Shown here: piece by piece, positions 1 through 9,628 of the stretch
How the letters are laid out: every line of letters begins with the position of its first letter
Position numbering within the stretch: position 1 is the stretch's first letter
Source: Occultella glacieicola
Lineage (GTDB): Bacteria; Actinomycetota; Actinomycetes; Actinomycetales; Beutenbergiaceae
Assembly: GCF_004353825.1 (NCBI RefSeq)
Contig: NZ_SMNA01000002.1
Location: 310,001 to 374,000 of the forward strand
Direction: 5' to 3'
Length of the DNA stretch: 64,000 nucleotides
Notes under the pieces: model-generated
The model's database searches: none
Told to the model about the DNA's origin: nothing
The model's input: the letters and a program-made list of their open reading frames with translations, nothing else
Position numbers and translations under genes: made by a program

Positions 1-66
1 GTGATCGGCCGCGCCTTCTTCACGGAGTGGCTCGAGGCCCGCCGGGAGGGCCGCGACATCATCTGA
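1..66 (+). CDS. 3' end of a CDS entering from upstream (..VIGRAFFTEWLEARREGRDII*), product unknown
   Basis: Frame 1 is open with GC-rich third positions and ends at TGA 64-66, convergent with the next gene; too short to assign. Confidence 0.5.
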   Translation: MIGRAFFTEWLEARREGRDII

Positions 67-162
67 ACCTCCCCGACACCCCGACCATGCCCGACGGCGG
101 CGCTCATCTCCCAGGGTGAGCGCCGCCGTCGGGCGTGGTACGGCGTTCTTGCCACCGGCGGC

Positions 163-1539
163 TCAGGCGGTCCAGCCGCCGCGGCGGTACGCCGGGGTGC
201 CGAACGCGAGCACCGCGAGCGAGAGGAGCATCGCGGCCACGATCACGATGCTCATCGCGGCGGCCGTGCCGCCGAGCAGGCCGACCAGGGGGGCGACCAG
301 CCCGGCCACCCCGGACTGGGCGCAGCCGATCATGGCCGCGGCGGCGCCGGCGCGCTCACCGTGGCGGGTCAGCGCCAGCGCGGAGGCGTTCGGCGGGATC
401 AGCGAGTTCACCGCGAGCATCAGCCAGAGCGGGATCAGCAGGCCGACCAGGCCACCGAAGCCGGTCACGCCCACCACGAGCAGCACCACGGCGAAGAACG
501 TGGCGACCGGCAGCGCCAGCCGCATGATCCGGATCGGTGCGAACCTGCGCACGAGCGCCGCATTCACCTGCGCGCCGGCCACGAGGCCGATGCCGTTGAT
601 GGCGAACAGGAGCGAGAACTGGTGCTCGGACAGCCCATACCCCTCGCGGATCACGAACGGCGAACCGGAGACGTAGGCGAACAGGGCGGCCATGCCCAGG
701 CCCGGCAGCAGCGCGAGGGCCACGAACTGACGGTCCCTGAGCAGCACCCCGTAGGAGCCGATCACGGCGCGGGTGCTGGTGCTGCGCTTCTCCTTCGGCA
801 GCGACTCGGGCAGGTAGCGCGCCACGATGAAGAACAGGATGACCCCGTACAGGGCGAGCGCGGCGAACACCATCCGCCAGTCCCAGATCGAGGCGATGAC
901 CCCGCCGATCGTCGGCGCCAGCAGCGGCGCGACACCGATCACCAGCATCAGCCGGGACAGCACGGCCGAGGCCTCGGCTCCGGAGAGCCGGTCCCGGATC
1001 ACGGCCACGGCCACCACCCCGGCGGCGGCGTTGCCCATGCCCTGGATCATCCGCAGCACGATCAGCGGCGCCACGTCCGCGACCAGCAGGCACAGCAACG
1101 AGGCGACCACGTGCACCACGAGGCCGACCAGGACCGGGAGCCGGCGCCCGTACCGGTCCGAGAGCGGGCCGATGAGCAGCTGCCCGAGCGCGCCGCCGAT
1201 CAGCGTCGCGGTGATCGTGAACTGCACCGAGGCGGTGCCCGCCGCGAGGTCGGTGACCACCTCCGGCAGCGACGGCAGGTACATGTCCGTGGTCAGCGCC
1301 CCGAGTGCGGACATCGACCCGAGCAGCAGGATCAGCTTCACGGGCGCGCGTCGCCTCGCGGCCGGGGCCGGCTCGGTGCGGTGGCCCGGGTCCGCCGGAA
1401 CCGGTGGGACCGGCGGGATCGTGGCCATGGCAGGGGCGAACTGATCCGCGGGGTCGGCCCGCAACTCCTCGTCGAACGCCTCCGGTGAGGTGCGGACGGG
1501 GTCGCCGGGCGCGCGCAAGGGTGAGGTGTCGGCAGTCAA
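163..1539 (-). CDS. Bcr/CflA family multidrug efflux MFS transporter
   Basis: Motifs TDMYLPSLP, GPLSDRYGRR, APLLAPTIGG; about 12 hydrophobic segments. Start uncertain (TTG 1539 or ATG 1428). Confidence 0.9.
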   Translation of the reverse strand: MTADTSPLRAPGDPVRTSPEAFDEELRADPADQFAPAMATIPPVPPVPADPGHRTEPAPAARRRAPVKLILLLGSMSALGALTTDMYLPSLPEVVTDLAAGTASVQFTITATLIGGALGQLLIGPLSDRYGRRLPVLVGLVVHVVASLLCLLVADVAPLIVLRMIQGMGNAAAGVVAVAVIRDRLSGAEASAVLSRLMLVIGVAPLLAPTIGGVIASIWDWRMVFAALALYGVILFFIVARYLPESLPKEKRSTSTRAVIGSYGVLLRDRQFVALALLPGLGMAALFAYVSGSPFVIREGYGLSEHQFSLLFAINGIGLVAGAQVNAALVRRFAPIRIMRLALPVATFFAVVLLVVGVTGFGGLVGLLIPLWLMLAVNSLIPPNASALALTRHGERAGAAAAMIGCAQSGVAGLVAPLVGLLGGTAAAMSIVIVAAMLLSLAVLAFGTPAYRRGGWTA

Positions 1540-1827
1540 TCGAGGATTCCCGTGGGGCGAAGGGGGCGAAGATCGGGCGGCCGGGAACAGACCCTCGGCA
1601 GCACCCATTCTCCGCCCTCGGAGGCCCGAAGTCGAATCGTTTCGTGCCCGGAATCATGTGATGCTGGCGACATCGCCGGGCGCGCTGGCCGGGCGCGCTC
1701 GCGTCAAGGGACGGGCAGTGAACGGGCAGGAAATCATCGGGTGTCAGGCGGCGTCGGCCACGCCCTGCCGTGCGGGTCGTGACGTGCCGCGGGCCGGTCC
1801 GCCAGGCCTGCGCGCGCTCCCCCGGAC

Positions 1828-2403
1828 TCAGGCCTTGGCAGCCTTGGCCGCGGCCTTGGCGGCGCGCTTGGTCTCGCGCACCTTGAGCAGCGAGTCGGGG
1901 TCCACCACGTCGGCGATCGACCGGTACGAGCCCGGCTCGCCGTAATTGCCGGCCGCCTCCCGCCAGCCCGGCGCCGCGAGGCCGGCCTGCTTGCCGAGCA
2001 GCGCGAGGAAGATCTTCGCCTTCTGCTCGCCGTAGCCGGGCAGCGCCTTGAGCCGGCGGAGCACCTCGCCGCCGTCGGGGTCGCCGGCTGTCCAGATCCG
2101 GGAGGCATCGCCGTCGTACTCGGTGACGATCGCCGCGGCCAACGCCTGGATCCGCTCGGCCATCGAGCCCGGGAACCGGTGCACCGCGGGCGGGGTGGCA
2201 CACAGTGCCTTGAACTCCTCGGGATCCATGCCCGCGATCGTGACGGCGTCGATGCCGCCGACTCGCTCGGCGATCTTGTGCGGGCCGACGAAGGCGGTCT
2301 CCATCGCAACCTGCTGGTCCAGGAGCATCCCGATCAGCAGGGCGAACGGGTCGGAGGAGAGCAGCGTGTCGGCGTCCGCGTCGCCGGTCAGGTGGAGGTC
2401 CAT
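1828..2403 (-). CDS. HhH-GPD-type base excision DNA repair family protein
   Basis: DPFALLIGMLLDQQ, PPAVHRFPGSMA and helix-hairpin-helix ALPGYGEQKAKIF; Lys/Ala-rich C-terminus. Confidence 0.85.
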   Translation of the reverse strand: MDLHLTGDADADTLLSSDPFALLIGMLLDQQVAMETAFVGPHKIAERVGGIDAVTIAGMDPEEFKALCATPPAVHRFPGSMAERIQALAAAIVTEYDGDASRIWTAGDPDGGEVLRRLKALPGYGEQKAKIFLALLGKQAGLAAPGWREAAGNYGEPGSYRSIADVVDPDSLLKVRETKRAAKAAAKAAKA

Positions 2404-2780
2404 GGGCCGATCCTGCCACTCGGCCAGTGCCCTGACCACCGGCGTTCAGGTAAAGAATGAGCAATGCATACGTCATGGGTAACGCGTACAAATGTGGAGG
2501 TTATCTCAACAGAGTAACAATGGCGGCACCCGGATCCAGCCCTGATCGGGGCCGGATCGGTGAGGGCCCCGTGTGCCGTCAGGCGCACGACCATGCGGCT
2601 GAGGGCCGATCGTCCGATAGCCGCCCGAGAGCCGGAAAATGGCCGAATTCTGCGTTTGTGGGGCCCAAGGGAGGCGCCTACGGTGGATCGACACCATGAC
2701 CGTCGGGGTGACCCGTCCGGTGCCGCGCGCCTCAGTGGTCGCGCCGCCGGGAGGCTATGCCTCGTCCAACCGAAGGGACC

Positions 2781-3704
2781 ATGATGACAAACAGTTCGCG
2801 CCGCAAGGCCGCGATGTTCGCGACGGCGGGAGTCGTCGCACTCGGGCTGGCCGCCTGCGGGGGTGGCGGCGACGACGGCGGAGAGACCGGCGGCGGCACC
2901 GGCGGTGGGGACACCGGCGAAGCCCTGACCCTCGAGCAGTTGCAGGAGGACGGCACCATCACCGTCGGCTTCGCCGGCGAGGCCCCCTACAGCTTCGAGG
3001 AGGACGGCGAGTTGACCGGCGCCACGGTGGCCCTGCAGGAGCGGATCTGGGGCGAACTCGGCATCGACAACGTCGAGGGCGTCCAGGCCGAGTTCGGCCA
3101 GTTGATCCAGGGCCTGAACGCGGGCCGCTTCGATGTGATCGCGGCCGGGATGTCGATCCTGCCCGAGCGCTGTGAGCAGGCCATCTTCTCCGACCCCGAG
3201 TTCCAGTACACGACCGCGTTGATGGTCCCCGAGGGCAACCCGGAGGGGCTCACGGACATCCAGTCGATCGCCGACTCCGGCGTGCAGATGGCCGCCATGA
3301 CCGGCGCCATCGAGGCCACCTATGCGACCGACCTCGGCATCTCCGCCATGGAGGTCGGCAACCCGCAGGACGGCATGGACGCGGTGGTCAACGGCCGCGC
3401 CGACGTGTTCGCGCTCACCGGGATCTCGCTCAACTGGATGGCCGACAACAACCCGGACGCCCCGATCGAGGTCACCGAGTCGTTCGTCGCGAACATCGAC
3501 GGTGTCGAGCAGTTCGGCGCCGGTGGCACCGTGTTCCGCCCGGCCGACACCGAGCTGCGGGACGCCTACAACGAGCAGCTCGCGCCCATCGTCGAGGACG
3601 AGGCCACCTACCTCGAGGTCGTCGGTGACTTCGGCTTCACCGCCGAGGAGCGCCCGACCGGGGACTTCACGACGGAGCAGCTCTGCGCGGGCGAACTCGG
3701 CTGA
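2781..3704 (+). CDS. ehuB: Ectoine/hydroxyectoine ABC transporter substrate-binding lipoprotein
   Basis: Lipobox LAAC; GFAGEAPYSF, AGMSILPERC and C-terminal TTEQLC typical of EhuB; RBS GAAGGGA. Confidence 0.85.
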   Translation: MMTNSSRRKAAMFATAGVVALGLAACGGGGDDGGETGGGTGGGDTGEALTLEQLQEDGTITVGFAGEAPYSFEEDGELTGATVALQERIWGELGIDNVEGVQAEFGQLIQGLNAGRFDVIAAGMSILPERCEQAIFSDPEFQYTTALMVPEGNPEGLTDIQSIADSGVQMAAMTGAIEATYATDLGISAMEVGNPQDGMDAVVNGRADVFALTGISLNWMADNNPDAPIEVTESFVANIDGVEQFGAGGTVFRPADTELRDAYNEQLAPIVEDEATYLEVVGDFGFTAEERPTGDFTTEQLCAGELG

Positions 3705-3716
3705 GTCGACCGGCGC

Positions 3717-4493
3717 ATGTCTGACAACTTCGATGCGCTGATCGCGGCGCTCCCCGACCTGCGCAGTGGCGTCTTCATCACGCTGCAGCTCACGGTCGGG
3801 GGCGTCGTGCTCGCGTTCGTCATTGCGATCGTCCTCGGCCTGGGTGCCCGCAGCCCGCGCTGGCCGGCGCGAGTGCCGTCCCGGATCCTCATCGAGTTCT
3901 TCCGGGGCACCTCACTGTTGGTTCAGCTGTTCTGGTTCTTCTACGTCATGCCGCTCTTCGGCATCAAGCTCGACGCGCTGCTGTGCGGCGTGCTCGCGCT
4001 CGGTCTGAACTACGGCGCCTACGCCGCCGAAGTGGTCCGCGGTGCAATCAACTCCGTGCCGAAGGGGCAGTGGGAGGCCGCCACCGCTCTCTCGCTGAGC
4101 CCGGTGCGCAAGCTCCGCAAGATCATCTGGCCGCAGGCCTGGGCGATCATGATCCCCTCGCTGGCGAACCTGGCCGTGATGCTCCTCAAGGGCACCGCCG
4201 TCGCCTACATCATCCTCATGCATGACCTCACCTGGGAGACCGACCAACTGCGCCAGACCACTGGCAACACGTTCTTCGCCTACGGCGTCGGCATGATCGG
4301 CTACTTCCTGATCGCCTACCTGATGGTGCTCGGCGCGAACGCGCTCGAGCGGCACGCCAAGCGCCGGCTCGGGCAGGGTCCCCCGAAGGGCGGCCTGTTC
4401 AGCGTCCGGATCACGGACAAGGCAACCGCCGCGCCGATGCCGGCCGCGAACGCAGGCGGAGGCGGCGCCGGCGCCGGAGGGGGTGTCGTCTGA
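3717..4493 (+). CDS. ehuC: Ectoine ABC transporter permease
   Basis: EFFRGTSLLVQLFW, AEVVRGAINSVPKGQWEAA; operon position. Confidence 0.85.
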   Translation: MSDNFDALIAALPDLRSGVFITLQLTVGGVVLAFVIAIVLGLGARSPRWPARVPSRILIEFFRGTSLLVQLFWFFYVMPLFGIKLDALLCGVLALGLNYGAYAAEVVRGAINSVPKGQWEAATALSLSPVRKLRKIIWPQAWAIMIPSLANLAVMLLKGTAVAYIILMHDLTWETDQLRQTTGNTFFAYGVGMIGYFLIAYLMVLGANALERHAKRRLGQGPPKGGLFSVRITDKATAAPMPAANAGGGGAGAGGGVV

Positions 4494-5140
4494 TGGATTG
4501 GTGGAGTTGGGACCGCGCCCTCGAGGTGCTCCCCGAACTGCTGGTCGCCTTCGTCCAGGTCACCCTCGTCGCGACCGTGATCGGCTCGGTGATCGCGGCC
4601 GTGCTCGGCCTGATCATCGCGATCACGCGCCGCACGGCCCCGGCGTTCATCGCCAGGCCCGTGCACGCCGTCATGGAGTTCATCCGGATGACACCCATCG
4701 TCATCCAGCTGCTGTTCGTGTTCTACACGTTCAACACCGTCGACGGCATGACGCTCGGTGTGATCGTCCTGGGCGTGCACTACGCCAGCTATATGGCCGA
4801 GGTGTACCGGTCCGGGATCGACGCCGTGCCGAAGGGTCAGTGGGAAGCCGCCACGGCCCTGTCGATGTCGCCCGCGCGCACCTGGCGCAAGGTGGTCATC
4901 CCTCAGGCGCTCCGCACCACCCTGCCCGCCCTGGGCACCTGGGTGATCTCGATGCTCAAGGACACCCCGTACCTCACGGTCATCTTCGTGGTGGACATGG
5001 TGCGGCAGGCCGAGAACTACGGATCGCGAACCTTCGTCTACACGGAGTCGATCACCATGGCCGGCCTGATCTTCCTGGCCGCCAGTTACCCGACCTCGGT
5101 CCTGCTGCGCAGATTGGAGAAGCGCCTTGCCACCTACTGA
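4493..5140 (+). CDS. ehuD: Ectoine ABC transporter permease
   Basis: N-terminal WWSWD, EFIRMTP, AEVYRSGIDAVPKGQWEAA; TGATG coupling to ehuC. Confidence 0.85.
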   Translation: MDWWSWDRALEVLPELLVAFVQVTLVATVIGSVIAAVLGLIIAITRRTAPAFIARPVHAVMEFIRMTPIVIQLLFVFYTFNTVDGMTLGVIVLGVHYASYMAEVYRSGIDAVPKGQWEAATALSMSPARTWRKVVIPQALRTTLPALGTWVISMLKDTPYLTVIFVVDMVRQAENYGSRTFVYTESITMAGLIFLAASYPTSVLLRRLEKRLATY

Positions 5141-5921
5141 TTCCACCGCGGTCACCGGACAGCCGGCGATCCGGTTCGAGAACGTGGTCAAGAAGTTCGG
5201 CGACAACACCGTCCTGGACGACCTGAACTTCGACGTCCGACGCGGCGAGCGGGTCACCCTGATCGGGCCGTCCGGATCGGGCAAGACCACGATCCTGCGC
5301 CTGGTGATGACCCTCGAACACCTGACCGGCGGCTACATCTACGTCGACGGGGAGCCGCTCACCCATCTCGAGGTGAACGGACGCCGGGTCGAACGCCGGC
5401 CGAAGGACATCGCCAGGTCCACCCAGAAGATCGGGATGGTGTTCCAGCAGTTCAACCTGTTCCCGAACATGTCCGTGCTGGAGAACATCACCGAGGCCCC
5501 GGTGCACGTGCTCGGCAGGTCCTCCGAGGAGGCCCGCACCCGCGGGCTGGAACTCCTGGACATGGTCGGCCTTGCGGACAAGGCCGAGGAGCACCCCACC
5601 CGGTTGTCCGGTGGCCAGCAGCAGCGGGTCGCGATCGCCCGGGCCCTGGCCATGGATCCGGAGATCCTGCTCCTGGACGAGGTCACCTCGGCCCTCGACC
5701 CGGAACTGGTCGGCGAGGTCCTCGGGGTGCTCCGGGACATCGCCAAGAGCACGGACATCACGATGCTGATCGTCACCCATGAGATGCAGTTCGCCCAGGA
5801 CGTCTCGCATCGGGTCTTGATGTTCGACGGCGGCAAGATCGTCGAGGAGGCCTCACCGGACGTGATGTTCACGTCTCCGACCCACGAGCGCACCCGGTCG
5901 TTCCTGCAGGCCGTGCTGTAG
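5127..5921 (+). CDS. ehuA: Ectoine ABC transporter ATP-binding protein
   Basis: Walker [40 protein letters not shown]. Confidence 0.88.
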   Translation: MPPTDSTAVTGQPAIRFENVVKKFGDNTVLDDLNFDVRRGERVTLIGPSGSGKTTILRLVMTLEHLTGGYIYVDGEPLTHLEVNGRRVERRPKDIARSTQKIGMVFQQFNLFPNMSVLENITEAPVHVLGRSSEEARTRGLELLDMVGLADKAEEHPTRLSGGQQQRVAIARALAMDPEILLLDEVTSALDPELVGEVLGVLRDIAKSTDITMLIVTHEMQFAQDVSHRVLMFDGGKIVEEASPDVMFTSPTHERTRSFLQAVL

Positions 5922-5956
5922 CAGCTCACCACGGGACCCCATGGGCTCCGTATCGA

Positions 5957-5994
5957 CGAAGCCCCGCCGCACCTTCCGGTGCGACGGGGCTTCG
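5957..5994 (+). terminator. Stem-loop after ehuA, probable intrinsic terminator
   Basis: CGAAGCCCCGCCGCACC-TTCC-GGTGCGACGGGGCTTCG, 17-bp arms with one mismatch. Confidence 0.7.
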
Positions 5995-6089
5995 AACGCC
6001 TCCCGCACACCCGCCACCGGAGCGGTTCCGTTCCACGACATCGTCAGGAACGCGCCCGGGTGGCGTCGGATCACTCCTAGCATGCAGGG

Positions 6090-7523
6090 ATGGTCCTGCC
6101 ACAGAGACGGGAAGCACGCACCCTGCGGCGAGGCACCGTCGTTCGCTACGCGGTCGGCTCGGTCGGGACCGGTGGGTTCGGGACCCTGCCCGGTCTGGTG
6201 CTGCTCGTCTACCTGACGAACACGCTCGGTGTGAGCCCCGCGTTCGCCGGTGCCGCGTTCACGGTGTCGAAGGTCTGGGACGTGATCATCGACCCCTGGA
6301 TCGGCGCCCGCAGCGATCGCAGCCTCGCCCGCACGGGGGCCCGGCGCCGGTTCATGGTGCTCGGTGCGATCGGCTTGCCGGTGTTCTTCGTCCTCACGTT
6401 CGCGGTGCCGCCCGGGCTACCGGAGGCGGCCTCGGCGGCGTGGGTCCTCGTCGCCTTCCTGCTCGCGGCCACCGCGTTCAGCCTGTTCCAGGTGCCCTAC
6501 ATCGCCCTCCCGGCGGAACTGGTGGACAGCTATGACGAACGGACCCGGCTGCTCTCGGCCCGCGTCGTCGTCCTCGCCCTGTCGATCCTCGCGTTCGGCG
6601 GTGGTGCGACGGAGCTCGTCCGGCTCGTCGTGGCCGGCGGCGGCACGGAGTACCTCGGCTACCTCGTGATGGCTGCCGTGGCCGGGCTGGTCTTCCTGGT
6701 CGCGTTCCTGATCACCGCCACCGTCGAACGCAGCGTGCGTGGTGGGTCGCCGGTGCCCGCTTCGGGAACGGGAACCGAGTCCGGCCCGACGGCGGGGCTG
6801 CTCGAGCACTACCGGCGCGGCTGGTCGGCGCTCCGGGGCAGTCAGCCCTATCGGGCCCTGCTGGTCACCTTCGTGATCCAGGCGCTCGCGATCGGGCTCA
6901 TGCTCGCGGGGGCCGCGTATATCGCCGCCGAGGTCCTCGGCACCGGGGTGCTGCTGCTGTTCCTGTCCCTGATCGCGCCGGCGCTGGTGGTCACGCCGCT
7001 GTGGGCGGTGATCGCCCGCCGGGCCGGCAAGGAGCGGGCGTATCGCCTCGCGTCCGTGTTGTTCGCGGTCGCAGCCCTGTCCCTGATCCTGCTCGTCTGG
7101 TTCCCGGGGTCGTGGCTGTATGCCCCGGTGGCGATCGCGGGTGCCGCCTACGCCGGACTGCAGTCGCTGCCGCTGGCGATGCTGCCGGACACGGTCGCCG
7201 ACGACGCGCGGAGGAACGGACCCGGCCGGGCCGGCACCTTCAGCGGTGTCTGGACCGCGGGCGAGACCGCCGGGATCGCATTCGGCGGCACCATCCTGTC
7301 GGTCGTGCTCGCGGTGACCGGGTTCGTCCCGACCGTCGCCGGGCAGACCGCCACCCAGCCGGAGAGCGCGATCGTCGGCATCATCGCGGGCTTCAGCGTC
7401 ATCCCGGCCGCGCTGATGCTGCTCAGCCTGGTCCCGCTGTCCCGGTACCCGCTGCGCAGGGCGGACATCGACCGAACCGCGCGCCCGGCCCACGCCCTAC
7501 CGAACGGAAGCAACCCTGCATGA
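6090..7523 (+). CDS. GPH/MelB-like MFS transporter
   Basis: KVWDVIIDPWIGARSDR, SLFQVPYIALPAEL..YDERTRL, PLAMLPD; TAGCAT -10 box 6 nt before ATG. Confidence 0.85.
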   Translation: MVLPQRREARTLRRGTVVRYAVGSVGTGGFGTLPGLVLLVYLTNTLGVSPAFAGAAFTVSKVWDVIIDPWIGARSDRSLARTGARRRFMVLGAIGLPVFFVLTFAVPPGLPEAASAAWVLVAFLLAATAFSLFQVPYIALPAELVDSYDERTRLLSARVVVLALSILAFGGGATELVRLVVAGGGTEYLGYLVMAAVAGLVFLVAFLITATVERSVRGGSPVPASGTGTESGPTAGLLEHYRRGWSALRGSQPYRALLVTFVIQALAIGLMLAGAAYIAAEVLGTGVLLLFLSLIAPALVVTPLWAVIARRAGKERAYRLASVLFAVAALSLILLVWFPGSWLYAPVAIAGAAYAGLQSLPLAMLPDTVADDARRNGPGRAGTFSGVWTAGETAGIAFGGTILSVVLAVTGFVPTVAGQTATQPESAIVGIIAGFSVIPAALMLLSLVPLSRYPLRRADIDRTARPAHALPNGSNPA

Positions 7524-8968
7524 GCGATTTCGCCGTCGACCCGTCCGCCATCCTTGACGAGCTGCGAGCGCTGCGCGAGCACGACGCCCCCACCCACGGC
7601 GGCCGCGTGCTCTCCTACGTGTACGACCCGGGTCTGGCCGAGCTCGACGAGCTCGCCGCCGACGCCTCCCGGCTCATGCAGCCGGTGAACGGGCTCGATC
7701 CGACCACGTTCGGCTCGGTCGCAGCCCTGGAGCGCGACCTGGTCGGTTTCGTGCGCGACCTGCTGCACGGCGACACCGACGTGGTCGGGACGGTCACGAC
7801 GGGCGGCACCGAGTCCTGCCTGCTGGCGGTCAAGACCGCCCGGGACGCCTGGGCCGCCGCCGGCGGGACCGGCACCGCGCGGCTGGTCCTGCCTGCGACG
7901 GGGCACGCGGCGTTCCGGAAGGCGGCGCATTACTTCGGGCTGACGCTCGACGTCGTCCCGGTCTCCGCCGAGGGGGTGGTCGCCGTCGCCGACGTCGAGG
8001 CCCGGCTCGGGCCGGACGTCGCGCTCGTCGTGGTCTCGGCCCCCTCCTACCCGGTCGCGGTCCTCGACCCGGTGTCTGCGGTCGCCGAGGTCGCGGCCGC
8101 CCGCGGCATCGACGTCCACGTCGATGCCTGCCTCGGCGGGCTCGTGCTGCCGTTCTGGCCGGACCTGCCCGCGTGGGACCTCGCCGTCCCGGGGGTCACG
8201 AGCATCAGCGCCGACCTGCACAAGTACGGGTACGCGCCGAAGGGGGTCTCGGTGCTGCTGCAACGCGGCCGCGACCGGCAGCGGCTGCAGTACTTCGCCA
8301 CCACCTCCTGGCCCGGCTATCCGGTCGTGAACCCGACGATCCTCGGCTCCAGGTCCGCCGGACCGCTGGCCGCGGCGTGGGCGATCAGGCGTGCGCTCGG
8401 GATCTCCGGCTTCCAGACGCTCGTCGACTCGACCCGGCGGTCCACCGGCGCCATCGTCGAGACGGTGGCCGGGATCGAGGGCCTGCGGGTGCTCGGCAAC
8501 CCGGTCGGACCGCTGCTCGCGGTCGCCACCGACCCCACGGTTCCCCCGCCCGCCCGGGTCGATCCGCACCATTGGGCGGACGCCGTGCGCAACCTCGGCT
8601 TCGTGCTCCAACTGCAGCCGGCCAACGGCGCCATCGGGTCCACGACGCACCTGACCGTCACCCCGGTCACCGAACGGGTGCTGCCCGACCTGCTGGCCGC
8701 GCTCACCACCGGCGCGGACGCGGTGCGCGGTACCCCGCACGCCGACGCGACCCCACTGCTCGGGCAGCTCCCGCCGTCCGCCGGCCCCCTCGACTCCGAG
8801 ACGGCCGCCGCGATCCTCGCCGGCTTCGGCATCGGTGCCGGTGGCCCGCTGCCGGACGCGCTCGCCCCGCTGCTGGCGATCATCGAGGCCACACCGCCCG
8901 TCCTCGCCGAGCGACTGCTCACGGAACTGCTGGCCCGGCTCGTCGAGCCGGGCGCCGGCTACCACTAG
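7520..8968 (+). CDS. PLP-dependent decarboxylase/lyase (sphingosine-1-phosphate lyase-like, group II fold)
   Basis: TTGGTESCLLAVKTARD, HAAFRKAAHYFG, HVDACLGG, SISADLHKYGYAPKG (PLP lysine); ATGA overlap with the MFS stop. Confidence 0.85.
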   Translation: MSDFAVDPSAILDELRALREHDAPTHGGRVLSYVYDPGLAELDELAADASRLMQPVNGLDPTTFGSVAALERDLVGFVRDLLHGDTDVVGTVTTGGTESCLLAVKTARDAWAAAGGTGTARLVLPATGHAAFRKAAHYFGLTLDVVPVSAEGVVAVADVEARLGPDVALVVVSAPSYPVAVLDPVSAVAEVAAARGIDVHVDACLGGLVLPFWPDLPAWDLAVPGVTSISADLHKYGYAPKGVSVLLQRGRDRQRLQYFATTSWPGYPVVNPTILGSRSAGPLAAAWAIRRALGISGFQTLVDSTRRSTGAIVETVAGIEGLRVLGNPVGPLLAVATDPTVPPPARVDPHHWADAVRNLGFVLQLQPANGAIGSTTHLTVTPVTERVLPDLLAALTTGADAVRGTPHADATPLLGQLPPSAGPLDSETAAAILAGFGIGAGGPLPDALAPLLAIIEATPPVLAERLLTELLARLVEPGAGYH

Positions 8969-9001
8969 CCACGCCCCACCCGCCGATGGTTGCCTGAACG
9001 C

Positions 9002-9589
9002 ATGAACGCCGATCTCAGGGGAATCCACAACGACGCCCTCGCCGACGCCACCGCGCTCGTGGATCGGCTCGCACCCGAGGACCTGCGCCGCCCGAGCGCC
9101 TGCGCCGGGTGGTCCGTGGCCCAACTCCTCGCCCACATGGTCGGGCAGCACCACGGGTTCACCGCCGCCTTACGGGACGGCGAGGCGCCCGCGTCCGCGT
9201 ATGTGCCGATCCCGTTCACCCGCAGGGCCTGGGACGAGTCCGTCGCCGCAATGAGCGAGGCCTTCGCCTCCCGGGCGCTCGACGACACCGTCCTGGAGGT
9301 CGAGCTGCACCCCACCAGGGCGCTGCCGGTCGCCACCTTGCTCGGCGCCCAGTTCCTCGACACGGTGATCCACACCTGGGACCTGGCCTGGGGCCTCGGC
9401 GAGACCTTCGAGCCGCCCGCGCAGCAGGCCGAGATCGTCCTGGGCATCGCGCAGGGCATCCCGGACACGGCCTACGGCACCGACGGAGGCACCGCGTTCG
9501 CCCCGCGGCTGCCGGTGTCCGGGAGCGCCTGGCAGCAGGCCCTGGCGCTCGTCGGCCGGGACCCGATGAGTGTCGGTGGCCGCGGCTGA
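9002..9589 (+). CDS. TIGR03086-like / MDMPI N-terminal (DinB superfamily) metal-binding protein
   Basis: RPSACAGWSVAQLLAHM, DTVIHTWDLA, C-terminal LALVGRDP. Confidence 0.8.
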   Translation: MNADLRGIHNDALADATALVDRLAPEDLRRPSACAGWSVAQLLAHMVGQHHGFTAALRDGEAPASAYVPIPFTRRAWDESVAAMSEAFASRALDDTVLEVELHPTRALPVATLLGAQFLDTVIHTWDLAWGLGETFEPPAQQAEIVLGIAQGIPDTAYGTDGGTAFAPRLPVSGSAWQQALALVGRDPMSVGGRG

Positions 9590-9628
9590 CGCCGAGAGCG
9601 GCTGCGTCGGCAGGCGGCGAGGTCCGTC

